A stretch of 64,000 nucleotides of DNA. Source: the human T2T-CHM13v2.0 reference genome, Homo sapiens. Where the stretch lies: the NCBI RefSeq assembly GCF_009914755.1, contig NC_060947.1. One strand, 5' to 3'. Made by a program: the position numbers and the translations under genes. This document shows, one piece after another, positions 11,620 to 27,872 of this stretch (position 1 is its first letter; each line of letters opens with the position of its first letter). The notes under the pieces are model-generated. The model was not told the DNA's origin, ran no database searches, and saw nothing but the letters and a program-made list of their open reading frames with translations.

Positions 11620-14600
11620 ATGACAGGATCAAATCCACAAATGTCAATACTAACCTTGAATATAAATGAACTAAATGTCCCACTTAAAATGCACAGAGTG
11701 ACAAGCTGCATAAAGAACCAAGACCCATTGTATGCTGTCTTTAAGAAACCCATCTCCCATGTAATAACACCTATAGGCTCAAAATAACAATATGGAGGAA
11801 AATTTACCAAGCAAATGGAGATCAGACAAAAGCAAGGATTTGATCCTAATTTCAGACAAAACAGTCTTTAAACTAACAAAATTAAAAATAGGCAAATAAG
11901 AACGTTACATAATGGTAAAGGTCTCAATTCAAAGAGAAGACCTAACTATCCTATATATATATGCACTCAACACAGGAGCACACAGATTCACAAAGCAAAT
12001 TCTTAGAGACCTTTAAAAAGATTTAGACTCCTACGCAATAATAGCATTATATTTTGACACTCCACTGACAGTGTTAAACAGATTACTAAGACAGAAAGTT
12101 TACAAGGATATTTAGAACTTGAACACAACTTTGGACCAAGTGGGTCTGATAGACCCCTACCTAACTCTTCACCAGGAAAACAACAGAATATACATTCTTC
12201 TCATAGCCACATGTCACACACTCTAAAATTGACCACATAATTGTACATAAAACAATTCTCAACAAATACAATAGAACTAAAAGCATATTAAACACTCTTA
12301 GAAAACAATGCAGTAAAAATAGAAGACTAAAAAAAAATCACTGAAAACCATACAATCACAGAAATTAAACAACTTGCTCCTAAATGGCTTCCAGGTAAAT
12401 AATGAAATTGAGGCAGAAAGCAAAAAGTATTTTGAAACTAATGAGAATACAGACACAACATACTTGAATCTCTGGGACACAGCTACAGCAGTGATAAGAA
12501 GAAAATTCATAGCACTAAATGCCCTCATCAAAAAGTTGGAAAGATCTTAACTTAAGAACCTAACACCACAACTGAAATAATTAGAGAAGCAAGAGCAAAC
12601 CAACCCTAAAGCTATCAGAAGACCAAAACCAAAAATCAGAGCTGAACTGAAGGAGATTGAGACACAAGAATATATTCAAAACATCAATGAAGACAAGAGT
12701 TAATTTTTTGAAAAGATTCATAAGATAAACCACTATCTACACTAGTAAAGAATAAGCCAAGAGTTAATTTTTTGAAAAGATTAATAAGATAAACCACTAC
12801 CTAGACTAGTAAATAAGAAAAGATAGAAGATACAAATAAACATAATTAGAAATGACAGATAAGATGTTACCACTGACCACACAAAAATACAAATAACCAT
12901 CAGAAACTACTAAGAAATCACTATGCACACAAACTGGAAAACCTGGAAAGGGTGTATAAATTCCTAGACACACTCTCAAAGACTGAACTAGGAAGAAATT
13001 GATTCCCTGTACAGACCAATAGTGACCTCTGAAATTGAATAAATAATAAATAGCCTACCAACCAATAAAAAAGCCCAGGACCAGATGGATTCACAGACAA
13101 ATTTTACCAGATGTAAAAAAGAAGAGCTGCTACCATTCCTACTGAAAGTATTTAAAAAAATCGAGAAGAGATTCCTCCCCAATTCATTTTATAAGGCCAG
13201 CATCATCCTGATACAAAAACCTGGCAGAGACACAACAAAAAAATAGAAAACTTCAGGCCAATATCTTTGATGAACATCAATGCAACAATCCTGAACAAAA
13301 TAGTGGCAAAATGAATCTAGTAGCACATCAAAAAACTAATCCACTACAATCAAATAGGCTTTACCCCTGGAATGGAAGGTTCATTCAACATACAAAAATC
13401 AATAAATGTGACTCATCATATAAACAGAACTAAAGAAAAAACTCAATTGATTATCTAAACAAATGCAAAAAAGGCATTTGACAAAATTCAACACTTCTCT
13501 TAAAAACTCTCAATAAATGAGGTATTGAAGGAATGTACCTACCTCACAATAATAAGAGTAATATATGACAAATGCACAGGTAACATCATACTGAATGGGA
13601 AAATGTGGGAAACATTCCCCTTGAAAACTGGCACAGGACAAGGATGCCATCTCTCACCACTACTATTCAACATAACATTGGAAGCCCTGCCCGGAGCAAT
13701 TAAGCAAGAGAAAGAAATAAAGCGCATGCAAATAGAAAGAGAGGAAGTTGAACTATCCCTGTTTGCAGATGACATAATTTTATCTCTAGAAAACAGGGTA
13801 GTCTCAGCCCAAAAGCTACTGAAGCTGATAAACAACTTCAGCAAAGTTTCCAGATAAAAAAATGAATATCCAAAAATTATAGCATTCCTATACATCAACA
13901 AAAGTGAAGCCGAGAACATAGTAATAGAATCCAATTCAGAATGGCCACAAGAAGAATAAAATACCTAGGAATTCAACTAACTGAGGTGAAAGACCTCTCA
14001 AATGAGAAGTACAAAACACTGCTCAAAGAAATCGGAGATGACACAAACAAATGGAAAGCCATTTTATGCTCATAGATAGGAATAGTCAATGTTATTAAAA
14101 TGGCCATACTGCCAAAAGCAATTTACAGATTCAATGCTATTCCTATCAAACTACCAATGACACTCATCACAAAACTAGAAAAAAAAACTATTTTAAAACT
14201 CATATGGAACCAAAAAAGAGCCTGAATAGCCAAAGCAACCCTAGGCAAAAAGAACCAAGCTGGAGGCATCATACTACCCTATTTCAAACTACACTACAGG
14301 GCTACAGTAACTAGAACAGCATGGGACTGGTATTAAAAACAGACACAGATAACAACTGGACAGAATAGAGAGCACGGAAATAAGGCCACAGACCTACAAC
14401 CATCTGATCTTTAACAAAGCCGAGAAAAAAGCAATGTGGAAAGGACTCCCTATTCAATAAATGGTGCTGAGATAACTGGCTAGCAATATGTGGAAGACTG
14501 AATGTAGACTCCTTCCTTAAACCATATACAAAAATCAACTTAAGATATATTAAAGACTTATGTATAAAGCCCAAAACTATAAGAACCCTGGAAATCAATC

Positions 14601-15462
14601 TAGGCAATATTATTCTAGACATAGGAATGAGCAAAGATTTCATGACACGGATGCCAAAAGCAATTGCAACAAAAGCAAACATTGACAAATAAGATTTAAT
14701 TCAACTAAAGAGCTTCAGCACAGCAAAAGAAGCCATCTACAGAGTAAACAGACAACCTACACAATGAGAGAAAATATTGGCAAACTATACATCTGTTAAA
14801 GGTTTAATTTCCAGCATTTATAAGTAATTTAAACAAATTTCCAAAAAAAAAACCCAAACAACCCCATTACAAAGTGAACAAAAGAACATGAACTGACACT
14901 TTTCAAAAGAAGACATACATGAGGCCAACAATCATATGAAATGAAAGCTCAATATTACTAATCATTAATGAGCTACTATCCTACACCATTGAGAATGGCT
15001 ATTATTAAAAAGTCAAAAATAACAGATGCTGGCAAGGTTGCAGAGAAAAGGGAACACTTATTCACTGTTGTTGGGAGTGTAAATTAGTTAAACCATTGTG
15101 GAAATCAGTGTGGCAATTTCTCAAAGAGCTAAAAACAGAACTACAATTCAACCCAGCAGTCCCATTACTGGTTATACACCTGGGGAATATAAATTATTCT
15201 ACTGTAAAGATACATGCATGATAATTTTTATTTTAACACTATTCACAATAGCAAAGATATGAAATGAACGTAAGTGCCCATCAATAACAGATTGGATTAA
15301 AAAACTGGTACATATACACCATGGAATACTGTGCAGCTATAAAAAGAATTATATTATATCTTTCATGAGAACATGGATGGAACTGGAGGCCATTATCCTT
15401 AACAAACTAATGCAGCAACAGAAAACCAAATACTACATGGTCTCACTTACAAGTAGGAGCAA
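11620..15462 (+). pseudogene. L1 ORF2p remnant (endonuclease/RT, disrupted)
   Basis: ATG at 11620 (MTGSNPQMSILTLN); RT motifs [15 protein letters not shown] and LSLFADDII in the ORF at 13525-13857; many stops. Confidence 0.9.
12694..12821. repeat. 64-bp tandem duplication inside L1 ORF2
   Basis: caagagttaattttttgaaaagatt(c/a)ataagataaaccacta... starts at 12694 and again at 12758. Confidence 0.9.
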
Positions 15463-15765
15463 AATCATGAGAACTCATGGACACAAAGAAAGAAAAAACA
15501 GACACTGTGACCTAGTAGAGGGTAGAGAATGGAAAGAGGGAGATGCACAGAAAAAAAAGCTATTGGGTACTAGGCTTAGTACCTGGGTGACAAAATAATT
15601 TGTACACTCCCGTGACATGAGTTTACCTAGAGCAATTCTGCACATGTACCTCTGAACCAAATATAAAATTTTTTAAAAAGCAAAATCAGTTTACAGGAAT
15701 AAAAAATAAGAAATAAAAAGAAAAAAATGGTAGGATCCCTTTTTTTCATGGCTGAAGGGTACTCC

Positions 15766-15817
<52 letters not shown>

Positions 15818-18800
15818 AATTTTCTTTATCCATTCATCTGTTGATCAACACTTGGGTTACATCCAAATCTTGGCTATTGTGAATAGCACTGTAATAAACA
15901 TGGGCATGCAGACATCTCTTCAATATACACATTTCCTTTCTTCTTGGTACATACCTAGCAGTGAGATTGCTAAATCCTATAGGATCTCTATTTTTAATAT
16001 TTTGATCAACTGTTCTCCATAGTGGTTGTAGTAATTTACATTCCCACCAATAGCGTTGAAGGTTCCCCTTTCTTCACATCTTCACCAGCACTGTTAATTG
16101 CCTGTCTTGGATAAAAGCCGTTTTACCTGGGGTGAGATGATATCTCATTTCAGTTTTTATTTGCATTCTCTGATGATCAATAATGTTGATAACTTTTTTA
16201 TATATCTGTTTGCCATTTTTATGTCATCTTTTGAGAAATGTCTATTCAGATCTTTTGCCAATTTTAAAATCTGATTATTAGATATTTTCTTGTAGAGTTG
16301 TTTGAGCTACTTATATCTTCTGGTTGTTAATCCTATATCAGATGGGTAGATTACAAAGATTTTCTCCAATTCTGTAAGTTGTCTCTTTACTTTGTTGATT
16401 GTTTTTGTTGTTGTGCAGAGGCTTTCTAACTTGATGTTTTCCATTTGTTCATTTTTGTTTTGGTTGCCTGTGCTTGTGGGATATTACTCAAAAAATATTT
16501 TCCCAGATGGATATCCTGGAGCTTTTTCAAGATGTTTTCTTATAGTAGTTTAATAGTTTCAAGTATTAAATTTAAATCTTTAATACATTTTGATTTGATT
16601 TTTTATATGGTGAGAGATAAGGGCCTACCTTTATCCTTTTTCATGTGGATATCTAGTTTCCCAGCATTATTTATTTAAGAGACAGTCTTTCCCCTTAAGT
16701 ATGTTCTTGGAAGCTTTGTCAAAAATGAGTTAACTGTAGATGTATGGATTTTTTTCATGGGTTTTGTATTCTGTTTCATTCGTCTATATGTGTGTTTTTA
16801 TACAGGTACCATGCGGTTTTTATTGCTATAGCTCTGTAGTATAATTTGAAGACAGGTAATGTGATTCCTCCAGTTTTATTCTTTTTGCTCAGGATAGCTT
16901 TGGCTATTCTGGTCTTTTGTGATTCCATATAAATTTTAGGATAGTTTTTTCTATTTCTGTGAAGGATGTCATTGGTATTTTGGTGGGTATTTCATTGAAT
17001 CTGTAGATTGCTTTGTGTTGTATGGATATTTTAATGATATGGCCTCTTCCAATCCATGAACATGAAATATATTTCCATTTTTTGCCTCCTTCAATTTTTT
17101 TTATCAGTGTTTTATAGTTTTTAATATACAGACCTTTTAATTCTTTGATTATATTAATTCCTAGGTATTAAATTTTATTCATGGCTATTGTAAATGGAAA
17201 TTTTTAGATTTCTCTTTCAGATTTTTTAGTGTTGGCATGTAGAAATGCTATTGATTTTCGTACCTTGGTATTGTATACTGAAACTTTACTGAATTTGTTT
17301 ATCAGTTCCAATAGCTTTCTTGTGGAGTCTTTAAATTTTTTCAAATATAAGGTCATATCATCTGCAAGCAAAGATAATTGGATTTCTTCGTTTCCAGTTT
17401 TGATGCCCTTTATTTCTCTTGTCTGATTGCTCTAGCTAGGACTTCTAATATTGTGTTAAATAACAGTGGTGAAAGTGGGAATCTTTGTCTTGTTCCATAT
17501 GATAAAGAAAAGGCTTCAGTTTTTCCCAATTCACTATGATACTATCTGTGGGTCTGTTATATATGGTCTTTATTATGTTGAGATGTATTGCTTTTATACC
17601 CAGTTTTTTAGGGTTTTTCATAAAAGCATTCTGAATTTTTTTCAAGTGCTTTTTCAGTATCAATTGAAATGAGCATATGGTTTTTGTACTTCATTCTGTT
17701 GACATGATGTGTCACATTGATCGAATTGCATATGTTGAACCATCCTTGTATTTCTGAAATGAATACCACATCATCATGATGATTGATACTTATAATGTGT
17801 TGTTGAATTTGCTTTGCTAATATTTTGCTGAGGATTATTACCCCAATATCGATCAGTTGTATTGGTCTTTATTTTTTATTTATTTATTTTTTGATGTGTC
17901 TTTTTCTGCTTTTGGTATCAGGTTAACACTGGCCTCATAGAATAAGTTTGGAAGTAGTCCTTCTTCCCCTATTTTTGTAATAGTTTGAGTAGAACTGGTA
18001 TTATTTCTTCCTTAAATGTTTGGCAAAATTCAGCAGTGACATTTGGTCCTGGGCTTTTACTGGGAGAGTTTACTGAGAAAAGTTTTATTACAGCTTTGAT
18101 TTCATTACTTGTTATTGTTCTGCTCATGGTTTGGATTTCTTCATGATTCAATCTTGGTAGGTTGTGTGTGTGAGGAATGTATCCCTTTTCTCTAGATTTT
18201 TCCAACACATTGGCATATATTTGTTCATAGTAGCCACAAATTATGCTTTGAATTTCTACAGTATCAGTTGTAATGTCTACTTTTTCATCTCAGATTTTAT
18301 TTATTTGGATCTTCTCTCTTTTTTTATTAATCTGGCTAAAGGCTTAGTTTGCCAATTGTACTTACCTTTTCCAAAGGGCAACTTTTCATTTAGTTGATTT
18401 TTTATATTGTTTTCTTCATGTCAGTTTTATTTATTTATGCTCTGATATTTGTTATATTGTTTCTTGTACTAATTTTGGGTTTGGTGTGCTCTAGCTTTTG
18501 TAATTCTTTAAGAAGATGCATTATTAGGTGATTTATTTGAAATTTTTAAATGCAGGCACTTTGAGCTATAAATTTTCCTCTTAGTAGTGCTTTTGCCTTA
18601 TCATATAGCTTTTGATATGCTGTATTTCCATTATCAATTGTTTCAAAAATTTTTTCAACTTCCCTCTTAATTTATTCATTGACCCACTGGTATTCCAGAA
18701 ACACATTTATAAATTTCCATGTATTTGTACGGTTTCCAAAATTCTTGTTATTGATTTCTAATTTGTAGTCAAAGAAGATGCCTGACACTATTTCAATGTT

Positions 18801-19944
18801 TTGAATGTTTTATTACTTGTTTTGTGACTTAACATATGGACTATTTATGAGAATGATTATATGTTACTGTACTGAGGAGACGAATGTGTATTCCACAGTC
18901 ATTGGATAACATGTTCTGTAAATATCTGTTAAGTCCATTTCATCTGTAGTAGAGATAAAGTCTGATGTTTCTTTGTTGATTTTCTGCCTGAAAAATCTTT
19001 CCAATGCTGAAAGTAGAATGTTGAAATCTCCAGCCATTATTCTTCTGAGGTGTATCTATGTCTTTAACTCCAATAATATTTGTTTTATATATCTGAGTGC
19101 TCCAGTATTGGGTGCATATATATTTATATTTGTTATATTATTTTCCTGAATTGATACCTTGATCATTCTATGATGACCTTCTTAGTCTCTTCTTACACTT
19201 TTTGTCTTGAAATCTATTTTACATGATATAAGAATAGGTCCTACTGCTCTTTGTTGGTTTTCATTGGCATGGAATAACTTTATTCATCCCTTTAGTTTTA
19301 GACTATGTGTGTCTTTATAGGTACAGTGTGCTTATTGTAGGCAAGATATTTTTGGGTCTTAGTTTTTAATTCATTCAGCTAATCTATATCTTGTTATTGG
19401 AGAGTTTAGTCCATTTACCTTCAATGTTATTATTGATAAATAAAGACTTACTGCTGTCATTTTGTTATTTGTTTTCTGGTTGTTTTGTGGTCTTCTCTTA
19501 CTTCTTTTCTTCCTTCCTGTCTTCCTTTCAGTGAAGGTGATTTTTTCTGTTAGTATAATTTAATTTCTTGTTTTGTATTTTTTGTGCATTTGTTGTAAGA
19601 TTTTTTTATTTGAGGTTACTATGAGGAATAAAAATGCTATCTTATAACCCAATATTTTAAACTGATGACAATAACACATCTTGCATGAACAAACAAAAAC
19701 AGAAAAAATAAAACCTCTACACTTTAACTTTATCCTCCCACTTTTTAACATTTGTTGTTTTCTTTATGTTTTAGTGTACTGTCTATGTCTTGAAAAGTTG
19801 TAGTTATTATTTTTGATTGGTTAGTATCTAGTTTTGGTAATTAAAATAAGAGTAGCTTACACACCACAATTAGAGTGCTATAATATGCAGTGTTTTTTTG
19901 TGTGTTAATTATTACCAATGTCTTTTGTACCTTACAAAGATTTC

Positions 19945-20199
19945 TTTTTTTTTAACTTTTATTTTTAGTTCAGGGGTACATGTGCAGGATGTGAAGGTTT
20001 GTTACATAGGTAAACGTGTGTCATGGGGGTTGGTTGTACAGGTTAATTCATCACCCAGGTATTAGACTTAGTAGCCATTGTTATTTTTCCTACTTCTCTT
20101 CCTCCTTCCACCCTCCACATTCCGATAGGCTCCAGTGTGTGTTGTTCCCCTCTATTTGGCAAATACTGCATGTTCTCACTTATAAGTTGGAGATAAATG
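19945..20199 (-). mobile_element. Short 5'-truncated L1PA (L1PA11-13-like) with a ~40-bp 5' inversion
   Basis: Poly-T plus antisense 3' UTR up to ~20155, then sense 'caaatactgcatgttctcacttataagttggagataaatg'. Degenerate TSD caaagatttctt / caaatgatttctt. Confidence 0.8.
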
Positions 20200-20389
20200 C
20201 TCAAATGATTTCTTATTGCTCATTACCACCTTTTATTTTTCAGAATGAAGATCTTCTTTTAGCATTTCTTAAATAACAGGTCTGGTGTTGATGAAATCTC
20301 TCAGATTTTATTTGTCTTGGAAAGTCTTTCTTTATCTTTTATGCATGTAGGATATTTTTGCTGGATATACTATCCTAGGGCAAAAGATT

Positions 20390-20390
20390 T

Positions 20391-20421
<31 letters not shown>
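20390..20421. repeat. (TTG)n microsatellite
   Basis: Read directly. Confidence 0.9.
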
Positions 20422-20423
<2 letters not shown>

Positions 20424-21659
20424 CCATCAGCACTTTAAGGATGTCATGCCACTCTTCTTCTGGCCTGTAAGGTTTTCACTGAAATGGCTGCTGCTAGACA
20501 TATTAGAACCTTCTCATATGTTATTTTTTTTCCTCTTGCTGCTTTTAGGATCTTTCTTTATCCTTGAAATTTGGGAGTTGTATTATTAGATGCCTGAGGT
20601 AGTCTTATTTGGGTTAAATTTGCTTGGTGTTCTATAAGCTTTGTGTACTTGGATATTAATATCTTTTTCTAAGTTTGGGAAGTTCTCTGACATTATTAAT
20701 TAGAATAATCTTTCGACCTCTATCTTTTTATCTACTTCCTCTTTAAGGTCAGTAACTCTTAGATTTGTTTTTTGAAGCTGTTTTTCTGGCGCGATTCATT
20801 CTTTTATTTTCTATTTTATTTTGTTTCCTCTGACTGTGTATTTTCAAATAGCCTGTCTTCAAGCTCACTAATTCTATCTTCTGCTTGATCAATTATGCTA
20901 TTAAGAGACTGTGATTTATTCTTCAATGTGTCAATTGCATTATTCATTTCTGGAATTTCCACTTGATTTTGTTTAATTGTTTCAGTCTCTGTAAATTTTA
21001 TCTAATAAAATTCTGAATTCCTTTTCTGCGTTATCTTCAATTTCTTTGAGCTTCTTCAAAACAGTTATTTTGAAGTATCTGTCTTAAAGAGTATATGTCT
21101 GGGTTTCTCCAGTATTGGTGCTGGTGCCTTATTTAGTTTGTTTGGTGAAGTAATCCTTACCTGACTGGCCTTGATGCTTGTAGATGTTTGTCAGTGTCTG
21201 AGCATTGAAGAGTTAGGTATTTATTGTTGTTTTTACTATCTGGGTTTTTCTTGTGCCCATCCTTCTTAGGAAGGTTTTCTAGGTGTTTGAAGGGACTTGG
21301 GCCCCAATCCCATTAGTGCTGTGGTTCTTGCAGACTTGTAGAGGTACTGCCTTGGTGGTCTTTGATAAGATCTTAAAGAACTATCTGGATTGCCAGCAGA
21401 GACTCTTGTTCTCTTCCCTTACTTTCTCCCAAACAAATAAATCCCCTCTCTCTGTGCTGAGCCACCTGGATCTGAGGGTGGTTAACCCAAGCACTTTTGT
21501 TTTCACCACCAGTAGAACTGCCTCTCATAAGATCTGAAACCAGCACAGCATTGGGTCTCATTTTGTCAACAATTTATAACACGTTTTTCAAATTTTGAGA
21601 TACATTTGGATTTACAGAAAATTAGAAAAATCCACTTCATCTCTCTTTACCTCTTTTTT

Positions 21660-21821
21660 CTTAGATTTCAAATTATTTGGTTGTCTTGTGACCTCAGCTT
21701 TCTGACAGGTTCAAAAAATTGGAAATTTCATATATGTCTGGCTTTGTTTCTGTTGTTATTATTGTAAAGGTAGCAGTGATGCTCTTTCCAGCCTTGTACA
21801 TAACAAGTGTAAATCAGAAGT
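21660..21821 (-). mobile_element. Old L1M 5'-end fragment (L1MC/MD-like)
   Basis: 'tgtgacctcagctttctgacaggttcaaaaaa...aaatcagaagt' resembles old L1M 5' termini. Confidence 0.5.
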
Positions 21822-23179
21822 AAATAAATGTTTCTTAACTGAATAAATAAATGAATGAATGCTCTGTTACCAATAGGTAAATTTAATATATACGGGGGAA
21901 AATAGAATGGTCATTTAAATATTAATATGCATAATGCAGATTAAATATTTTCTAATTTTCCATGTTTATGTGTTAACCTAGTAACCCGTTTAGGAGTTAT
22001 TCATAGGCTAGACTTAAATGTAATATTTAGAAATACCTTACACAATTTTTTTTTGCATTGTGGGTAAAAATCTACTAAAAAGATACTTTTTTTTTTCCAA
22101 ATTTGAGATTACATTTTTGTGTGTATATTCATCTATAGAGTGAAAATATGTAAAGCAATGGCGCTATGTCCTTAAGCTCTAACTTGGGAACCTTGTGAAA
22201 AAAAATATATATATGCTTAAAGACAGTCATAGTCTTTAACCTGAAAAGATTTTCTTCTTCCACAGTCACTAATTATGTATGAGGAAACTGTGATAATGTA
22301 CTGATAAATTGACCTTGTCACTTGTCAGTCTGATGCAACTACAATATCCAGTTTTGTTGAGTCTTTTTGTTTCAGTGAATCAAAGTGCATGTTTTAAGAT
22401 ATTCAGACACTTAGATTTATCATTGTTATCACTTAGAACATTTGGTGGTATAACTGTGGAATAGATGGACTATGTTTCTGGAGACTGAAAAAATTGTACC
22501 CAAGTTAAACACCTCCCATTATAGAAACTACCATTCTTTTAGAAAATTTTATAATTTTCACAAATGAAGGGGATTTTAGAGAGTATTTAACTCAATACTG
22601 AGAGAACGGTGGCCCAAAAAAATAAAGTAGCATGAAATACTACAGATCCAGTTATGAAAGAATGTGTTCAAATTTGAATCTTCTCACTTTTTGTTCAAGG
22701 TACTTACAACATATGGCATTTCTTTTTTGAGTGTTTGCCTTTAAAAAGTCTATCAGAATTTTATATAAAAACATTTTAAACACATTTTGGAAGGGTCTTC
22801 AGACTTAACTTAGAAGTTGCAAAAGAAAATAAGACTAATTACTGTAAAGTCAAGCCTCATACACTTAAATTGTTTTATAAAAGTATAAAGAAGGATTTAT
22901 ATTAGTCAAATATTCCTTCCACCTCTTTTTATCATTGGCACAAATGAAAAGCACAAACAGTGCATAGTAATTTTGCATTCCTTAATATTCTTTGCTCATT
23001 AGATTTAAAGGGTATGGTAATTGCCACTTAATCTGCACTTTGTTTTGAAGGAATAAAATGAACATATATTTATTTTGCAAATACAGCAGTGGCCAAAACT
23101 GAACTTATTTCATAAGATTTTTTCTTTGTCTTAATGCAAACACTGACACATTATAATATAACTAAAAATATCTCATATA

Positions 23180-25270
<2,091 letters not shown>

Positions 25271-25479
25271 ATCTCATATAAAAGATATATTATACAGCGA
25301 CATTCCCTCTCTTTTATTTAAACGAAAATATTTCTATTCTGTATGACATATTAGGCATCAGAAAAAGTAATAACTTTAAGATATCTAGTTTTTTTTTGGT
25401 GAAAACATACTTTCTTCTATGTGTTCACAAATGAAATACAAAGCCCCAGTTGCTTCTTATGATGTAATGTTTCCAATTT

Positions 25480-26405
25480 TAAGAAACAAATATTTACTTC
25501 ATGCCTACTAGTCTAAGTACTGGGATTATAATAGTAAAAACAAGACAAAATTTTGTTCCATCATGCAGCTTACATTTTAATGGAGGAAGCAACAAATAAA
25601 ATAAATATAATACATATTACGTTAAATGATAGTCAGTGATAAGGAAAATGTATATAAGGCAGGGGAACCTGATATTAAGTGCTGGGATGCCTAAAATTAT
25701 AAATGTAGGGCTTGGGTAAGGTTTATTAAGAATGAGGCTTTCGAGTAAAGACCTGAAGAAATGGAGAGTCATAATTATATCTGAGGAAATTGTCTTCTAC
25801 AGAAGAAAACAACATGTACCAAGACCTCAAAGCTAAAACATAGCAGTTTTCAAGAACAGTAAGAAGAAACTTTAGTGGCTAGATAGAGGTTAGTAAGAAA
25901 GGGTGAGGGATGGGCGTACCAGAAAATGAGGTTAGAAGGGTAACAGAGAGTTAGCACATGTAAAGCCTTAAAGACTAACGTGAGGAACATGCCTCACTAT
26001 TCCCACAGGATGAGAAGCCATTACAAGATTGCTTATGGTGAGGAAAGGTACAGTTAAACTTGTGTTTTCATCTAGAAGGAGACAAACACTATGGGAAAAA
26101 TAAATAGAACAAAGTAAGGGAGATTAGAAGTTGTGACAGCGAAGCCATATTTTAATTATAAATTGAGCGTTTAGGGTAAACATGTTTGAGAAGATAATAT
26201 TTGAATAAAACTTTTCAGAGGTGAAGAAATTAAACAAATATCTACAGGAAGAGTATTTCAGAAATATAAAATAACTAGTGCAAAGACAATTAGTTGAAAT
26301 GGTCAAACGCATGTCTGAGGGACATCTGGGGTACCAATGTAACTAGAAAGAGTAGAACAAGAGGGACACTAGTAGCGGATACAGTCCTAGAGATAATGGG
26401 AGTAG
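25480..26405 (-). mobile_element. L2 fragments
   Basis: L2-like phrases 'aaacaaatatttacttcatgcctact', 'catgcagcttacatttta' and 'gagtaaagacctgaag'. Confidence 0.65.
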
Positions 26406-26409
26406 AAAT

Positions 26410-27860
26410 CACACATAGTAAGACATTTACCATCTTATCTATTTTCAAGTTTACAGTCCAGTATTGTTAAGTATATTCACATTGCTGTGAAACAGATTTT
26501 CTCAGCTTTCTCATCTTGCAAATCTGAAACTCTATACCCATTAAACCACTCCTGTTTTCTATCTCCTGCCAGCCCATGGTAATCATTCTACTTTCTGTAT
26601 CTATAAATTTCACTGCTGTAGATACCTCACATAAGTAGAATCATACAGTATTTGTCTTTTTGTGACTGTCTTACACCACTTAACATAATGTGCTCAAGGT
26701 TCATCCATGTTATATCATGTGACAAGATTTTTTTCCTTTTTAATACTGAATAATATTCCATGTGTGACTATCCATCCATCAATAGACATTTGCAGTGATT
26801 CCAAATCTGTGCTATTGTTAATAGTGCTGCAATGAACATAGGTGTGTAAATATCTCTTTGAGGACCTGCTTTCAATAATTTTGGGTACATATTCAGAAGA
26901 GGGATTGCAGGATTACAAAATAGTTTCATTTTTACTTTTTCTGTGGGCCCTTCATACTGTTTATGATAGCGTTTGCACAATTTTACAATCTTACCAACAT
27001 TACACAAGCATTCTTATTTCCTCACGTTTTCCAACACTTGCTATTTTCTGTGTTTTTTAAATAATAACCTTCCTAATGAATGTGAGGTAATATCTCATTG
27101 TGGTTTTGGTTTATATTTCTTTGATGATTGGTGATATATCAAGCATCTTTACATATGCTTGTCCACTTATGTATCATCTTTGTAGAATCATTTGTTAACA
27201 TCTCTATTAACATTGTCTATTTTAAAATTGAGTTATTTGACTTTTGTTGTTCATTTGTATGAATTCTTTATGTATTCTAGATATTAACTCCTTATCAGAT
27301 ATATAATTTGAAAATATTTTCTCCCATTTTTTATGTTGCCATTTCATTCTATTGGTTTTGTTCTTTGATGCATTGAAGTTTGTAAGTTTGAAGTAGTCTG
27401 TTTGTCTTTTTTTTTTTTTTTTGCATTTGCTGCCTATGCTTTTGGTGTCATATCCAAGAAATCATTGCCAAGTCCGATGTTGAAGCTTTACCCCTAGTTT
27501 TCTTCTAAGAGTTTTATAGTTTTAGGTCTTACATTTAGTTCTTTAATGCATTTTGAGTTAATTTTTGTACATGGTGTAAGATAAGGATCCAACTTCATTC
27601 TTTTGAATGTGGATATCTAGTTTTCCCAGCATCATTGGTTGAAGATTCTGTCCTTTCCCCCACTGAATTGTCTTAGCACTCATGTTGAAGATTATTTGAC
27701 CATATACATGAGAGTTTATTTCAAAGTTTTCTATTCTACTCCATTAACATACTGATCTGTCTTTATGCCAGTACCATGCTATTTTGTTTACTGAAACTTT
27801 GTAATATGTTTCAGGAAATCAAGAAAAAAAAGTGAGTCCTCTAACCCTGTTCTTTTTAGA
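26410..27860 (-). mobile_element. L1MB-like 3' UTR and ORF2 end
   Basis: 'catcttgcaaatctgaaactctatacccattaaac' 3' UTR; minus-strand ORF 26768-27007 'NPAIPLLNMYPK...MFIAALLTIAQIW'. Confidence 0.85.
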
Positions 27861-27872
27861 AAATAAACATTT

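Larger units (their letters stand above)
7498..15727 (+). mobile_element. Full-length (~8.2 kb) degenerate L1PA15/16-like LINE-1
   Basis: Long 5' UTR, ORF1, ORF2, 3' UTR 'ttgggtactaggcttagtacctgggtgacaaaataat' and an A-rich tail. Diverged TSD aaaatgataagat (7484-7496) / aaaatggtaggat (15724-15736). The host L1MA rejoins across the insertion. Confidence 0.92.
15724..21560 (-). mobile_element. L1MA1-3-type element, continuation (ORF2, ORF1, part of the 5' region)
   Basis: Continuous antisense L1 ORF2 (e.g. minus-strand ORF 17969-18208 'HNLPRLNHEEIQ...KSPGP'), then ORF1 and 5' sequence; contains (TG)n at 15768-15812. Confidence 0.88.

Noticed and set aside
7498-15727. Potentially active full-length L1
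   Set aside because: Both ORFs carry many stops, frameshifts and a 64-bp duplication.
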